Shown: positions 23,340 through 33,077 of the stretch, one piece after another
How the letters are laid out: each line of letters opens with the position of its first letter
How positions within the stretch are numbered: the first letter of the stretch is position 1
Source of the DNA: a bacterium
GTDB lineage: Bacteria; JAGOBX01; DAONJL01
Assembly: GCA_035405645.1 (NCBI GenBank)
Contig: DAONJL010000010.1
Coordinates: 2,836 to 66,835, forward strand
Reading direction: 5' to 3'
Length of the DNA: 64,000 nt
Position numbers and translations under genes: made by a program
Notes under the pieces: model-generated
The model's input: the letters and a program-made list of their open reading frames with translations, nothing else
Told to the model about the DNA's origin: nothing
Databases searched by the model: none

Positions 23340-24725
23340 TTATTTACTTTCTCCTTCAAGCCATTTTTGATTTTTTTCTATCTGACATAGCACGATATAT
23401 GAACTCGTGCCACCAGCACTTCGGCGCCTGAATGTACTCGTATGATAATTTAAAAATTTATATATATCTCCTGATATTTCTTTTGCAAATTTTTTGAATT
23501 CACTTAATTTCAATTTATATAATTTTAAATTATTTGCTATACAATATTTTATTATTTCTCCTGTTATTTTATGCGCTTCTCTAAATGGTATCTTTTTACT
23601 CACTAAATAATCTGCTAAATCTGTTGCTTCTATAAATCCTATTTCAAGTACTTTCTCTATTCGCTTTTTATTAAATTTTATATTATCTATCATTTTCGTA
23701 TATATATCTATTATTTTTATTATTGTTTCTGTTGAATCAAATAATGGTATTTTATCTTCCTGCAAATCACGATTATATGCTTGCGGTAAACCTTTTAGAA
23801 TTGTTAGTATATTTTGTAAATTGCCAAATAATCTCCCTGTTTTTGCTCTTGTTAATTCACATACATCTGGATTCTTTTTATTTGGCATTATACTGCTGCC
23901 TGTTGTAAATGCATCATCTATTTCAATAAAATGAAAATATGGATTTGACCATATTATTAACTCTTCTGATATTTGTGAAAAATGAAGTCCAATCATTGAA
24001 AGAACAAATAAATAATGTGCAATAAAATCACGGTCTGAAACTGAATCAATACTATTTTCTGTAATACCATCAAAACCTAAAATTTTTGCTACATATTCTC
24101 TATCTATTTTATATGTTGTTCCTGCTAATGCTGCTGCTCCTAATGGACATAAATTTACTTCTTTATAACAGTCTTTTAGTTTTATATAATCTCTTTTAAA
24201 TTTCTCAAAATATGCTAATAACCAGTGTGAGAGTAAAATTGGTTGCGCAGGTTGTAAATGTGTAAATCCTGGCATTATTATCTTTATATGTTCACCTGCT
24301 AATTTATTTATTTTTATTAATAATTCTATTATTTGTTTTGATATTTCTTTTATCATATCACGAACATATAATCTTAAATCAAGCGCTATCTGATCATTAC
24401 GCGAACGTGCTGTATGTAATTTTTTCCCAACCTCTCCTATCATCTCTATTAATCTGCTTTCTATGTTCATATGTATATCTTCAAGTTCTATTTTATAATC
24501 AAACTGATTATTTATTATTTCTTCTTTTATTTTATTTAAGCCATCTATTATCATTTCTTTTTCTCGTTCTGTTATTATCCTGCATTTTGCAAGCATCTTT
24601 GTATGCGCTATACTTCCTTCTATATCATATAATGCTAACTTATAATCAAATGAAATTGATTCTGTAAATTCTAATACACTCTTATCTGTCTCTTTTTTAA
24701 ATCTACTATTTACTAATCTTATCAA
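23340..24725 (-). CDS. argH: Argininosuccinate lyase
   Basis: EDIHMNIE, HTARSRNDQ, PGFTHLQPAQP, GSSIMPNKKNPD; probable TTG start 24725. Confidence 0.97.
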   Translation of the reverse strand: MIRLVNSRFKKETDKSVLEFTESISFDYKLALYDIEGSIAHTKMLAKCRIITEREKEMIIDGLNKIKEEIINNQFDYKIELEDIHMNIESRLIEMIGEVGKKLHTARSRNDQIALDLRLYVRDMIKEISKQIIELLIKINKLAGEHIKIIMPGFTHLQPAQPILLSHWLLAYFEKFKRDYIKLKDCYKEVNLCPLGAAALAGTTYKIDREYVAKILGFDGITENSIDSVSDRDFIAHYLFVLSMIGLHFSQISEELIIWSNPYFHFIEIDDAFTTGSSIMPNKKNPDVCELTRAKTGRLFGNLQNILTILKGLPQAYNRDLQEDKIPLFDSTETIIKIIDIYTKMIDNIKFNKKRIEKVLEIGFIEATDLADYLVSKKIPFREAHKITGEIIKYCIANNLKLYKLKLSEFKKFAKEISGDIYKFLNYHTSTFRRRSAGGTSSYIVLCQIEKNQKWLEGESK

Positions 24726-24758
24726 TATAATCACTCCATTTCTTTTTTATTTTTTTAT

Positions 24759-24787
24759 ATACTAAAAACATACTTATATAAAGTCAA
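24759..24787 (-). promoter_or_regulatory. Putative promoter for argH operon
   Basis: TTGACT-17 nt-TAGTAT. Confidence 0.5.
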
Positions 24788-24904
24788 ATAATTTTAAAAA
24801 TTTTTATTATGCTGGATTTTTATTTATCACAAATTGAAATATTTAAGGTTGATATGTCAAATAAAAACTCTTATTTAAAAAAAGTATTAAAGGACACCTA
24901 ACTC

Positions 24905-25768
24905 TCATTTAAAATTATATGATAAATATAATACTATATTATTTTTCATTGCATAATCTTTTACATCATTTGAAGATATCTGATGGGTAACTAATACTGG
25001 AAAAATATTATCAAATACTTTATCTATTCTTTTTATTTTATTTTTGATAAATTTATCAATTTTATTTTTTGATAATTTTGATTTTACTTCGCCTATTATT
25101 ACTATTTCTTTTCCTTCTTTTTTACCTTTCCCATATATATTAACTTCTATATCATTATTCCAATTATCTTTCACATAACATCTATTTAATTCACCTTCTA
25201 TATCAATTCCATAATCTCGTTTTAATAAAGTTGGTAAAAATATATATGATTCATTTTCTAATTTATAACCCAGAGAATCAGTTATATCACCTACATATCT
25301 TTTAAAACTTTTAAAATCTTTTATAAAAATTTGTAATATTTTTTCTGTCTTTTTTTGTGTTTCTGCTAACTCTTCCACTCTCTTTTCTGTTCGTTTCTGT
25401 GCCTCTGCTAATTCTTTTACTTCTTCTGTTAATTTATCTAATCTTTTTTCACTTCGTTTCTGTGCTTCTGCTAATTCTTTTACTTCTTCTGTTAATTTAT
25501 CTAATCTTTTTTCACTTCGTTTCTGTGCTTCTGCCAATTCTTTTACTTCTTCTGTTAATTTATCTAATCTTTCTTCACTTCGTTTCTGTGCTTCTGCTAA
25601 CTCTCTTACTATTTCTTTTAATTCATTAAATTCGACTTTTGTTACTAATTTCTTCTCTTCTTCATATATAAATTCTAATATCTTACTAACGAGTTTCATT
25701 ATTACATTTGCTGCTTCTGCATTTATTGTTTCTTTTAAATCATTATATGTTTCATAAATATTTAACAT
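24905..25768 (-). CDS. Coiled-coil heptad-repeat protein with C-terminal PD-(D/E)XK-like domain (DUF3782-like, often mis-called chordopoxvirus fusion protein)
   Basis: (LTEEVKELAEAQKRSEKRLDK)n repeats; C-terminal EVNIYG...IIGEVKS. Confidence 0.7.
   Translation of the reverse strand: MLNIYETYNDLKETINAEAANVIMKLVSKILEFIYEEEKKLVTKVEFNELKEIVRELAEAQKRSEERLDKLTEEVKELAEAQKRSEKRLDKLTEEVKELAEAQKRSEKRLDKLTEEVKELAEAQKRTEKRVEELAETQKKTEKILQIFIKDFKSFKRYVGDITDSLGYKLENESYIFLPTLLKRDYGIDIEGELNRCYVKDNWNNDIEVNIYGKGKKEGKEIVIIGEVKSKLSKNKIDKFIKNKIKRIDKVFDNIFPVLVTHQISSNDVKDYAMKNNIVLYLSYNFK
25392..25610. repeat. In-frame 63-bp tandem repeat, about 3.5 copies
   Basis: Units start at 25392, 25455, 25518, 25581 (CGTTTCTGTGCTTCTGCTAATTCTTTTACTTCTTCTGTTAATTTATCTAATCTTTTTTCACTT), near-identical. 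Confidence 0.97.
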
Positions 25769-25798
25769 TTTTATCTCCTTTTATTCTTTTTATATTTC

Positions 25799-25826
25799 AT
25801 TATATTACAAATAATATTTCTGTCAA
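25799..25826 (-). promoter_or_regulatory. Promoter for the heptad-repeat gene
   Basis: TTGACA-16 nt-TATAAT. Confidence 0.65.
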
Positions 25827-26052
25827 GTTTAAGAAAATAATTTTGATAATTTCTCTGTTATATATATTTGCAGCACAACAAATATTTTTATTACTCTACA
25901 CTCAAATTTATGCAACTAATAATAATCATCAAAAGTTCTAAATAAATAAAAATTAAGTTTTATTTTTTTCAACTAATACTTTTAGATATTATTTTTAAAT
26001 TTACCATCATTGCTTAATCTTCTTATCTTTTTTTAAAAAAACAAAAAAAATA

Positions 26053-26081
26053 TTGCTTTTATAAAATTTATATGATATAAT
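26053..26081 (+). promoter_or_regulatory. Promoter for orphan cheY / radical SAM pair
   Basis: TTGCTT-17 nt-TATAAT with extended TG; ATG only 9 nt downstream. Confidence 0.65.
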
Positions 26082-26090
26082 ACAATCGTT

Positions 26091-26531
26091 ATGACAGAAA
26101 ATACTACTGAAAGTTATCCAAAAATACAAAAACCTGATGGTTCTAAATTTAATTTTCTTGTTGTTGATGACTCGAGTTTTATGCGCAAGCACTTAATTAA
26201 AATTATTCAAAATATAAATGGTAACATTGTTGGTGAAGCTGATAATGGTTTTGATGCTGTACATAAATATAAAGAATTAAAACCTGATTTAGTTACACTT
26301 GATATTACTATGCCAAATAAAGATGGCATTAAGACATTAAAAGAAATTTTATTTTATGACCCTAATGCTATTGTTGTTATGGTAACTGCTATCAGTCATT
26401 TAGATATGATTAAAACTGCAATGGAAATCGGCGCAAAACACTATATCAAAAAACCATTTAAACCAACTGATGTTGGTTATATTCTAAGTAAAGTTCTTAG
26501 AAATTATAAAGAAGTCGTTTTTATTCAATAA
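26091..26531 (+). CDS. Single-domain CheY-like response regulator
   Basis: LVVDDS, VTLDITMPNKDG, VMVTA, IKKPF; short N-terminal extension KPDG. Confidence 0.9.
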   Translation: MTENTTESYPKIQKPDGSKFNFLVVDDSSFMRKHLIKIIQNINGNIVGEADNGFDAVHKYKELKPDLVTLDITMPNKDGIKTLKEILFYDPNAIVVMVTAISHLDMIKTAMEIGAKHYIKKPFKPTDVGYILSKVLRNYKEVVFIQ

Positions 26532-26551
26532 TCATCTCAGGAGAAATTATT

Positions 26552-27433
26552 ATGCCCGCTTTTTTATTACTCACTGATAAATGTAATCTTAACTGTTCTT
26601 ATTGTTTTAATAATTCTTACCCAATTAAAAATAAAAAAAAGATTAATTCTTTTGATTGGATTAAAATATTAAATATTTTAGCCAAAAATAAAATAAATGA
26701 AATTATCTTATCTGGTGGCGAACCTTTATTATTAGGTGATGATTTAATTAAAATTATTTCAGAAGCAAATAAATTGAATATAAACTCATTATTATTAACT
26801 AATGGAAATTTACTTGAAGAAAAAATTCTACAAGAATTAAAGAAAGCAGGTTTAAAGAATTTAACTATTTCATTAAATGAATTAACATTTGCTGATGATG
26901 AGACGAAAATTGAAAATGTGTTACATTTTAAAAATAATATTCTTCAAGCATCATTATCTTTTTTTGATTTTATCTCTATTACTATTTTATTATCTAATAA
27001 AAATTTTAAATTTATAAATAAAATTTTAAGTTTTTTCAAAAACGAAAAAATTGCTATTATTATTCAGCCTGTTTTTGATAAAGATTTAGGTCTTTATAAT
27101 TTAAAGGAAAATGAATGGTCTGATTTAAAATTACAATTATCTGATTGGACTATTAAATATGAAAAATATAATTATGTCCAATTTATTTATAATTTATTTA
27201 ATAATATAAATGACTACACTAATCCAACCTGTTTTATGGGAAATTCTGCGTTTGTTATTGATTGGTATGCTGATGTTATTCCCTGTTTTCATCAGCCGCA
27301 AAAAGTTTGTGGTAATATTTTATTAGATAATGCTAATGATATATTCTTGAATCTTTTATATAATTCTGAAAATAATTTTGATGGCAATTGTTTTGGCTTA
27401 CATTGTATCTCTTTATTTTTTAATCAGATTTGA
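26552..27433 (+). CDS. Radical SAM protein with Cys-rich SPASM/twitch-like C-terminus
   Basis: CNLNCSYC, LSGGEPLL, LTNG; C-terminal CFMG..PCFH..CG..CFGLHC. Confidence 0.88.
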   Translation: MPAFLLLTDKCNLNCSYCFNNSYPIKNKKKINSFDWIKILNILAKNKINEIILSGGEPLLLGDDLIKIISEANKLNINSLLLTNGNLLEEKILQELKKAGLKNLTISLNELTFADDETKIENVLHFKNNILQASLSFFDFISITILLSNKNFKFINKILSFFKNEKIAIIIQPVFDKDLGLYNLKENEWSDLKLQLSDWTIKYEKYNYVQFIYNLFNNINDYTNPTCFMGNSAFVIDWYADVIPCFHQPQKVCGNILLDNANDIFLNLLYNSENNFDGNCFGLHCISLFFNQI

Positions 27434-28640
27434 TTAAAAAATTGTAAATCTCATTATACCAATTATAATCATAATTATATGCTATTTTGTGATAGATTAT
27501 ATTCTTTTCTTTTATATTTTTTAAATAACATAATTGAACCAGTAATTCATTAAATTCAAGCGAAAAAAAATTTTTTTGTTCGATTTTTAATATTTCTTTA
27601 TTTAATTCTATTATCCGTTTATATCTTTCTATTATTATTATTTTTTTTGTTACTCTTAATAATTCATTTGCCAAATAATTCAAGCCACCGCCTAATATTA
27701 TTATCAAATTATTTGTATTTATTTCATCAATTTTTTCATATTGTGCTGGATAATTAAATGGTTCTTCTTTTGAATTAAAATAAACATCATTTACTTTTAA
27801 TATATTTACATTATCCTGATTTTTTTCAATTTCAAATTTTATTAACTTTTCATATCTATATTGGTCTGGTAAATTTTTCTCTTCACCCCATTCTTCTATT
27901 TGATTTACTTTAATTATCTTTTTTTCTTTGTTGTAATTTTCTATTTTATCATTTTGAAAGAGTATTAATGAATTACAATAATTTATCATATCTCTATCGT
28001 GATATAAATGATATAATGCTAATTCTGCTTTATTATCCATTATTATTAAATTATAACCTGCTAATAATAATCTATTATAAAAATCGCTATCTTCTCTTCC
28101 CCAGCCAATAAATTTTTCATCAAATCCATTTAATCTTTCAAACATACTGCGATGAATTACTAAATTTCCAACACCTGATAAAGTAAATATTTTTTCAAAT
28201 TGACTGATCAATAATTCTTTTACTTCTTGCGTAATATTTTTTTTCGAAATTATATAATCACTGATTTCTTTATTTAATGCTTTTATTGTAAATGAATAAA
28301 AAGAATTAATTTTATCAGAATTAAAATTATTAAAAAATAGAGAAAAAAAATTATCAAAAAAAACACAATCTACATCTAACAAAAAAATCCAATCAAATTT
28401 ACTTTTTTTAAAACCAATATTAAATGCCCAACTTTTACAATATATTCCTCTATAATTTATATAATAATATTTTACAAATTTATATTCTTTTAAAATCTCT
28501 GTCAAATTTTCATTTGAGCCTAAATCAATTATTATTAATTCAATCTCAAAATTTTTATTATTCAAATTTTTTTTGATTTGATTTAAATTAACAAGTAAAT
28601 TATCTTTTCGATTACGATATGCAATAATAATCGAAATCAT
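27420..28640 (-). CDS. GT2 / galactosyltransferase-C-like glycosyltransferase with extra C-terminal domain
   Basis: SIIIAYRNR, LDVD, LNGFDEKFIGWGREDSDF; C-terminal IIILGGGLNY Rossmann-like segment. Confidence 0.85.
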   Translation of the reverse strand: MISIIIAYRNRKDNLLVNLNQIKKNLNNKNFEIELIIIDLGSNENLTEILKEYKFVKYYYINYRGIYCKSWAFNIGFKKSKFDWIFLLDVDCVFFDNFFSLFFNNFNSDKINSFYSFTIKALNKEISDYIISKKNITQEVKELLISQFEKIFTLSGVGNLVIHRSMFERLNGFDEKFIGWGREDSDFYNRLLLAGYNLIIMDNKAELALYHLYHDRDMINYCNSLILFQNDKIENYNKEKKIIKVNQIEEWGEEKNLPDQYRYEKLIKFEIEKNQDNVNILKVNDVYFNSKEEPFNYPAQYEKIDEINTNNLIIILGGGLNYLANELLRVTKKIIIIERYKRIIELNKEILKIEQKNFFSLEFNELLVQLCYLKNIKEKNIIYHKIAYNYDYNWYNEIYNFLIKSD

Positions 28641-28648
28641 TTAATTTC

Positions 28649-29581
28649 TTAAATTCTTTTTTGAAAATATTCTATTGTTTTTTGCAAGCCAGTAATTAAT
28701 GGTATTTTTGGTTCCCAATTTAATTTCTCTTTTGCAAGTGTTATATCAGGTCTGCGCTGTAGTGGGTCATCTGATGGCAATGGTTTGTATTCAAATTTTA
28801 ATTTCTTATTTAATATTTTTCCTATCTTTTCTGCTAATTCATTTATTGTTATTTCTTCTGGATTGCCTAAATTTACTGGTCCAATAAATTCATCCTGCTC
28901 CATCATTTTTATTAAACCATCTATCATATCATCAATATAGCAAAATGAGCGTGTTTGTGAACCATTACCATAAATCGTTATTGGTAAATCACGCAATGCT
29001 TGTATTATAAAATTACTTACCACTCGACCATCTTGTGGATGTAAATAAGGTCCATAAGTATTAAATACTCGAACAATTCTTATTTGCACTTTATTCTGTC
29101 TATAATAATCCATCATTAATGTTTCAGCAACTCGTTTTCCTTCATCATAACAACTTCTTATTCCTATTGGATTTACATTGCCCCAATAACTTTCTTTTTG
29201 GGGATGTTCTAATGGTTGACCATATACTTCTGATGTTGATGTTAATAATATTTTTGCTTTTATTCGCTTTGCTAAGCCAAGCATATTTATTGTGCCTATT
29301 ACATTTGTTTTTATTGTTTTCACTGGATTATATTGATAATGTATTGGTGAAGCAGGACATGCTAAATGATATATTTCATCTACTTCTAATAATATTGGTT
29401 GAATTATATCGTGTCTTATAAATTCAAAATTTGGATTATTTAATAAATCTTTTATATTTTCTTTTTGACCTGAAAATAAATTATCTACACATATTACTTC
29501 ATAATTCTTTTCTAATAATTTTCTGCATAAATTTGTCCCTATGAAACCTGCACCGCCTGTTATCAACACTCTTTTTTTCAT
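28649..29581 (-). CDS. UDP-glucuronate decarboxylase family NAD-dependent epimerase/dehydratase
   Basis: [39 protein letters not shown]. Confidence 0.93.
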   Translation of the reverse strand: MKKRVLITGGAGFIGTNLCRKLLEKNYEVICVDNLFSGQKENIKDLLNNPNFEFIRHDIIQPILLEVDEIYHLACPASPIHYQYNPVKTIKTNVIGTINMLGLAKRIKAKILLTSTSEVYGQPLEHPQKESYWGNVNPIGIRSCYDEGKRVAETLMMDYYRQNKVQIRIVRVFNTYGPYLHPQDGRVVSNFIIQALRDLPITIYGNGSQTRSFCYIDDMIDGLIKMMEQDEFIGPVNLGNPEEITINELAEKIGKILNKKLKFEYKPLPSDDPLQRRPDITLAKEKLNWEPKIPLITGLQKTIEYFQKRI

Positions 29582-29594
29582 ATCTTCACCTATA

Positions 29595-30767
29595 TCATTT
29601 TTTCTTATAATTTTCCTTTATTATTTTCTTTACTGTTCGTGCTATATAATATACTTCTTCTTCTGTTAAATATGGAGTAAATGGTAATGATACTGTATTA
29701 GCACAAAAATTTTCTGTGTTTTCAAGACCTCGTCCATCTATTTTTAACACATCTTTAAAATATGTAAATTGATGAATTGCTGGAAAATGCACTGCTGTCC
29801 CTACATTATTTTCTTCCATTAAATTCATAAATTCATTTCTTGTTATTTTTAATTCTTCTGGCTTTAATACTATATTATATATATGCCGACTGTGAACTAT
29901 ATTCTCTGGTATTTCTGGTGGTAATTGTATTGGTAAATCTGCTAATTCTCTATTATATATTTCCCAATATTTCTTTCGTATTTCAAGATTTTTCATTACT
30001 TTTTTTAATTGATGTATTCCTATTGCTGCCTGTATATCTGGCATATTATATTTATAGCCTTCATCAATTACATCATATAATCTTTTATTTCCACCTTTAA
30101 AATATCGTTTCCACGCATCTCTATCTATTCCGTGTAATGTATTTACTTCTACTTTTCTTGCTATTTCTTCTGAATTTGTTGTTAACATTCCACCTTCGCC
30201 ACATATTACATTTTTCGTTGCATAAAAACTAAATGCCGTTGCATCACTTATATTTCCTACTTTTAAATTATCTATTTTTGTTTCTGTTGCATGTGCTGCA
30301 TCTTCTAATACTTTTAAATTATACTTCTTTGCTATTTCTAATATTGTCTTCATTTCACACGGATAGCCTGCATAATGAACTGGTAAAATTGCTTTTGTCT
30401 TTTTTGTTATTTTTTCCTCTATTTTATTTTCATCTATATTATATGTTTCTTTATTTATATCTACAAATACTGGTATTGCACGATTATGTAAAATTGCTAA
30501 TGATGTTGAAACAAATGAATTTGCTGTTGTTATTACTTCATCGCCTTCTTTTATTCCTAATGCTTTTAATCCTAAATGTATTGCTGCGGTTGCTGAATTC
30601 ATTGCTAATGCATATTTACATCCTATAAAATTTTTGAAATCTTCTTGAAATTTTTGAACTCTATATGCTGTTGTTAACCAGCCGCTTTTTAATGTCTCAA
30701 TTACTTCTGCTATTTCTTCTTCGCCTATTTTTGGTTTTGCAAACGAAATAAATGTTTCTCGCTTCAT
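29595..30767 (-). CDS. DegT/DnrJ/EryC1/StrS (ArnB-like) PLP aminotransferase
   Basis: [30 protein letters not shown] with catalytic Lys. Confidence 0.93.
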   Translation of the reverse strand: MKRETFISFAKPKIGEEEIAEVIETLKSGWLTTAYRVQKFQEDFKNFIGCKYALAMNSATAAIHLGLKALGIKEGDEVITTANSFVSTSLAILHNRAIPVFVDINKETYNIDENKIEEKITKKTKAILPVHYAGYPCEMKTILEIAKKYNLKVLEDAAHATETKIDNLKVGNISDATAFSFYATKNVICGEGGMLTTNSEEIARKVEVNTLHGIDRDAWKRYFKGGNKRLYDVIDEGYKYNMPDIQAAIGIHQLKKVMKNLEIRKKYWEIYNRELADLPIQLPPEIPENIVHSRHIYNIVLKPEELKITRNEFMNLMEENNVGTAVHFPAIHQFTYFKDVLKIDGRGLENTENFCANTVSLPFTPYLTEEEVYYIARTVKKIIKENYKKK

Positions 30768-30789
30768 CTATCTTCTCTTCTCCTTCACT

Positions 30790-31905
30790 CTAATTCTTAA
30801 AAAATTCTTTTATCTTTTCTGTTATATAATTTACTTCCTCTTCTTTCATTGTTAATGTTAATGGCAGGTTTATTCCACTATTTGCTATTATTCGTGCATT
30901 ATTATTTATCTTTTGCGAACTATAATACATTGGTAATTCAGTGATTGGTATTAAAAATGTTTCACCTTCTATTTTATTTTTACTTAAAAATTTTATAAAT
31001 GCATCTTTATTCCTTTTTTTATTATGCTGATATAATAATGAAAAATATGGATTAACCTTTTTTCTATCCAATAATATTGCTTGTAGAGTAATCTCTTCTA
31101 CTGAACTTAATTTTTTTAAATATTCTTCTTCTATTTTCTTTTTCTTTTTTATTATTTCATCTATTTCCTTTATTCTTATTAGCCCTATTATTGCTTGCAT
31201 ATTTGATAATCTATAATCAAATCCTATTTCTGAATAAAAATATTTTACTTTTTCTGATTTTGCTAAATCTCTTAAAAAAATTAACCGTTCATATATTCGT
31301 GAATTATTTGTTAATATTATTCCACCGCCTAAACAATTTAATATACTATTTTTATTTAAACTAAAACAACCTGCTATACCAAACGAACCAACTTTACCAC
31401 CACTTATTTCTGAACCAAGTGAATATGTGCAATCTTCTATTAAATGCAAATTATATTTCTGACATATCTTTTGTATCTCTTTTATTTTTGCTGGTTGTCC
31501 ATATAAATGAACTGCTATTATTGCTCTCGTTTTCTCTGTTATATTCTCCTCTATTTTACTTATATCTATATTCCAACTCTCTTTATCTACATCTATAAAT
31601 ACTGGTTTTGCTCCTAAATAACTTATTGCATATACTGAACTTATTGGCGTTAAATCTGGTAATATTATTTCTTCATAGGGTTTTATTTTTAATACTGTTA
31701 ATACTAAATGAAATGCTGCTACTTCATTTGTTACTGCTACTGCATATTTGCTATTATTATATTTTGCAAAACTTTTTTCAAATTCTTTTATATATTCATC
31801 ATTTATTATCTTTTCTTTATCTAACAAATATTCATTCATTTTTGCTATTACATTTTTATTTAATATATTTTCATTTATTATTATATTTTCTTTTATCTTT
31901 TTCAT
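30790..31905 (-). CDS. DegT-family protein with degenerate PLP site
   Basis: Family motifs (AVHLYG, EDC, GFDYRLSNMQA) but FSLNKNSILNCLGGG and TNEVAA replace the PLP-binding motifs. Confidence 0.85.
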   Translation of the reverse strand: MKKIKENIIINENILNKNVIAKMNEYLLDKEKIINDEYIKEFEKSFAKYNNSKYAVAVTNEVAAFHLVLTVLKIKPYEEIILPDLTPISSVYAISYLGAKPVFIDVDKESWNIDISKIEENITEKTRAIIAVHLYGQPAKIKEIQKICQKYNLHLIEDCTYSLGSEISGGKVGSFGIAGCFSLNKNSILNCLGGGIILTNNSRIYERLIFLRDLAKSEKVKYFYSEIGFDYRLSNMQAIIGLIRIKEIDEIIKKKKKIEEEYLKKLSSVEEITLQAILLDRKKVNPYFSLLYQHNKKRNKDAFIKFLSKNKIEGETFLIPITELPMYYSSQKINNNARIIANSGINLPLTLTMKEEEVNYITEKIKEFFKN

Positions 31906-31908
31906 TAT

Positions 31909-32082
31909 TCAATAAAACCCCGTTTGATTTAATTTTATATATTCCATTCCTTCTGCTATTGTTTTTAATATTTCTTCTGCTGATGAACTCTTTATAAACT
32001 GTATTATTTCATTTACAAACAAAATTATTATGACTATTATTGCTATGTAGAATAGTATATCTTCTATTTTCTTTTTTCTCAT
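31909..32082 (-). CDS. 57-aa single-pass membrane protein (absent from ORF track)
   Basis: MRKKKIEDILFYIAIIVIIILFVNEIIQFIKSSSAEEILKTIAEGMEYIKLNQTGFY; ATGA overlap with holA stop; fills the gap to the DegT start. Confidence 0.75.
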   Translation of the reverse strand: MRKKKIEDILFYIAIIVIIILFVNEIIQFIKSSSAEEILKTIAEGMEYIKLNQTGFY

Positions 32083-33077
32083 ACATATATTTCTTCAAAT
32101 AATAAATCTACATTTTTATAATAACTCGTCTTTATCACTTCATCTATTTTCCTTATATTTTTTATTATTCTTTTAAATATACTCAAATCTTTTATTCGTC
32201 TGATTTTCTGCTCTATAAAATATGCTCGTTTAATATTTATATTTAATTCTTTTTCTCCTGCTATCTTTTGCTGTGTTTCTATTCCTCTCGCTTTACAATA
32301 ATATAATAATTCTATATTATCTAATATTGCTAATAAATGCGCACTCGGATAATTCGCATCGCCTTTTACTTTATTTAATAATTTTATAAATTCATTATAA
32401 TTTCTATTCACTATTAATTCATCTATCATATTAAATATTATATCCAATCTTATATTTTCTATCATTAAATCTACATCTTCTTCTCTTATTTCGCCTTTTG
32501 TTTTTCCATAGTTTATCAACTTATTTAACTCTTCTCTTAAATATAAAAAATTATTATTTGTATACTCTATTAATTTACTGACAACACCTTCTTCATATTT
32601 GATATTCTCTTTTTTTAATTCACCTCTTATATAATTATTCAATTCTTTATTATTTAATTCTTTGAATTCTTCTATTTCAATATTTTGCTCTTCTATTTTT
32701 TTCATTATCTCTTTTATTTTTTTCTTCTCTTCTATTAAATTTTTTCCTTCAATTATATGTATTATATTTTCATACGGTGCATTCAGATATTCTAAAAATA
32801 ATTTATATTTTTTTTCTTCTTTTACTATTTCGTCAAAATTATTTAACACTATTGTTTTCCCACTCGCTCCAAATGGCAACACTTTAAATTCTGATAATAT
32901 ATTTTCTATACTCTCATTTTCACAATCAATTATTTTTAATGATAATGAACCAAATATATCTTTTTCTGTATATTTCCTGATTATCTCTTCTATTCTCTCT
33001 TTTTTTCTACTCTCTTCTTCTCCAACCAATATAAAAAAATTTTTCTTTTTTTTCATTCTTTTTTTAAATCGCTCCAA
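32079..33077 (-). CDS. holA: DNA polymerase III delta subunit
   Basis: FFILVGEEE, LPFG...IVL, ELNKL; follows lptE as in the usual lptE-holA pair. Confidence 0.82.
   Translation of the reverse strand: MERFKKRMKKKKNFFILVGEEESRKKERIEEIIRKYTEKDIFGSLSLKIIDCENESIENILSEFKVLPFGASGKTIVLNNFDEIVKEEKKYKLFLEYLNAPYENIIHIIEGKNLIEEKKKIKEIMKKIEEQNIEIEEFKELNNKELNNYIRGELKKENIKYEEGVVSKLIEYTNNNFLYLREELNKLINYGKTKGEIREEDVDLMIENIRLDIIFNMIDELIVNRNYNEFIKLLNKVKGDANYPSAHLLAILDNIELLYYCKARGIETQQKIAGEKELNINIKRAYFIEQKIRRIKDLSIFKRIIKNIRKIDEVIKTSYYKNVDLLFEEIYV

Noticed and set aside
25392-25610. 63-bp repeats as a CRISPR array
   Set aside because: Head-to-tail with no spacers, in frame within a coding region, no cas genes
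26007-26192. 61-aa minus ORF as a radical SAM precursor peptide
   Set aside because: Antisense to cheY and its promoter, with no RBS or precursor-like features
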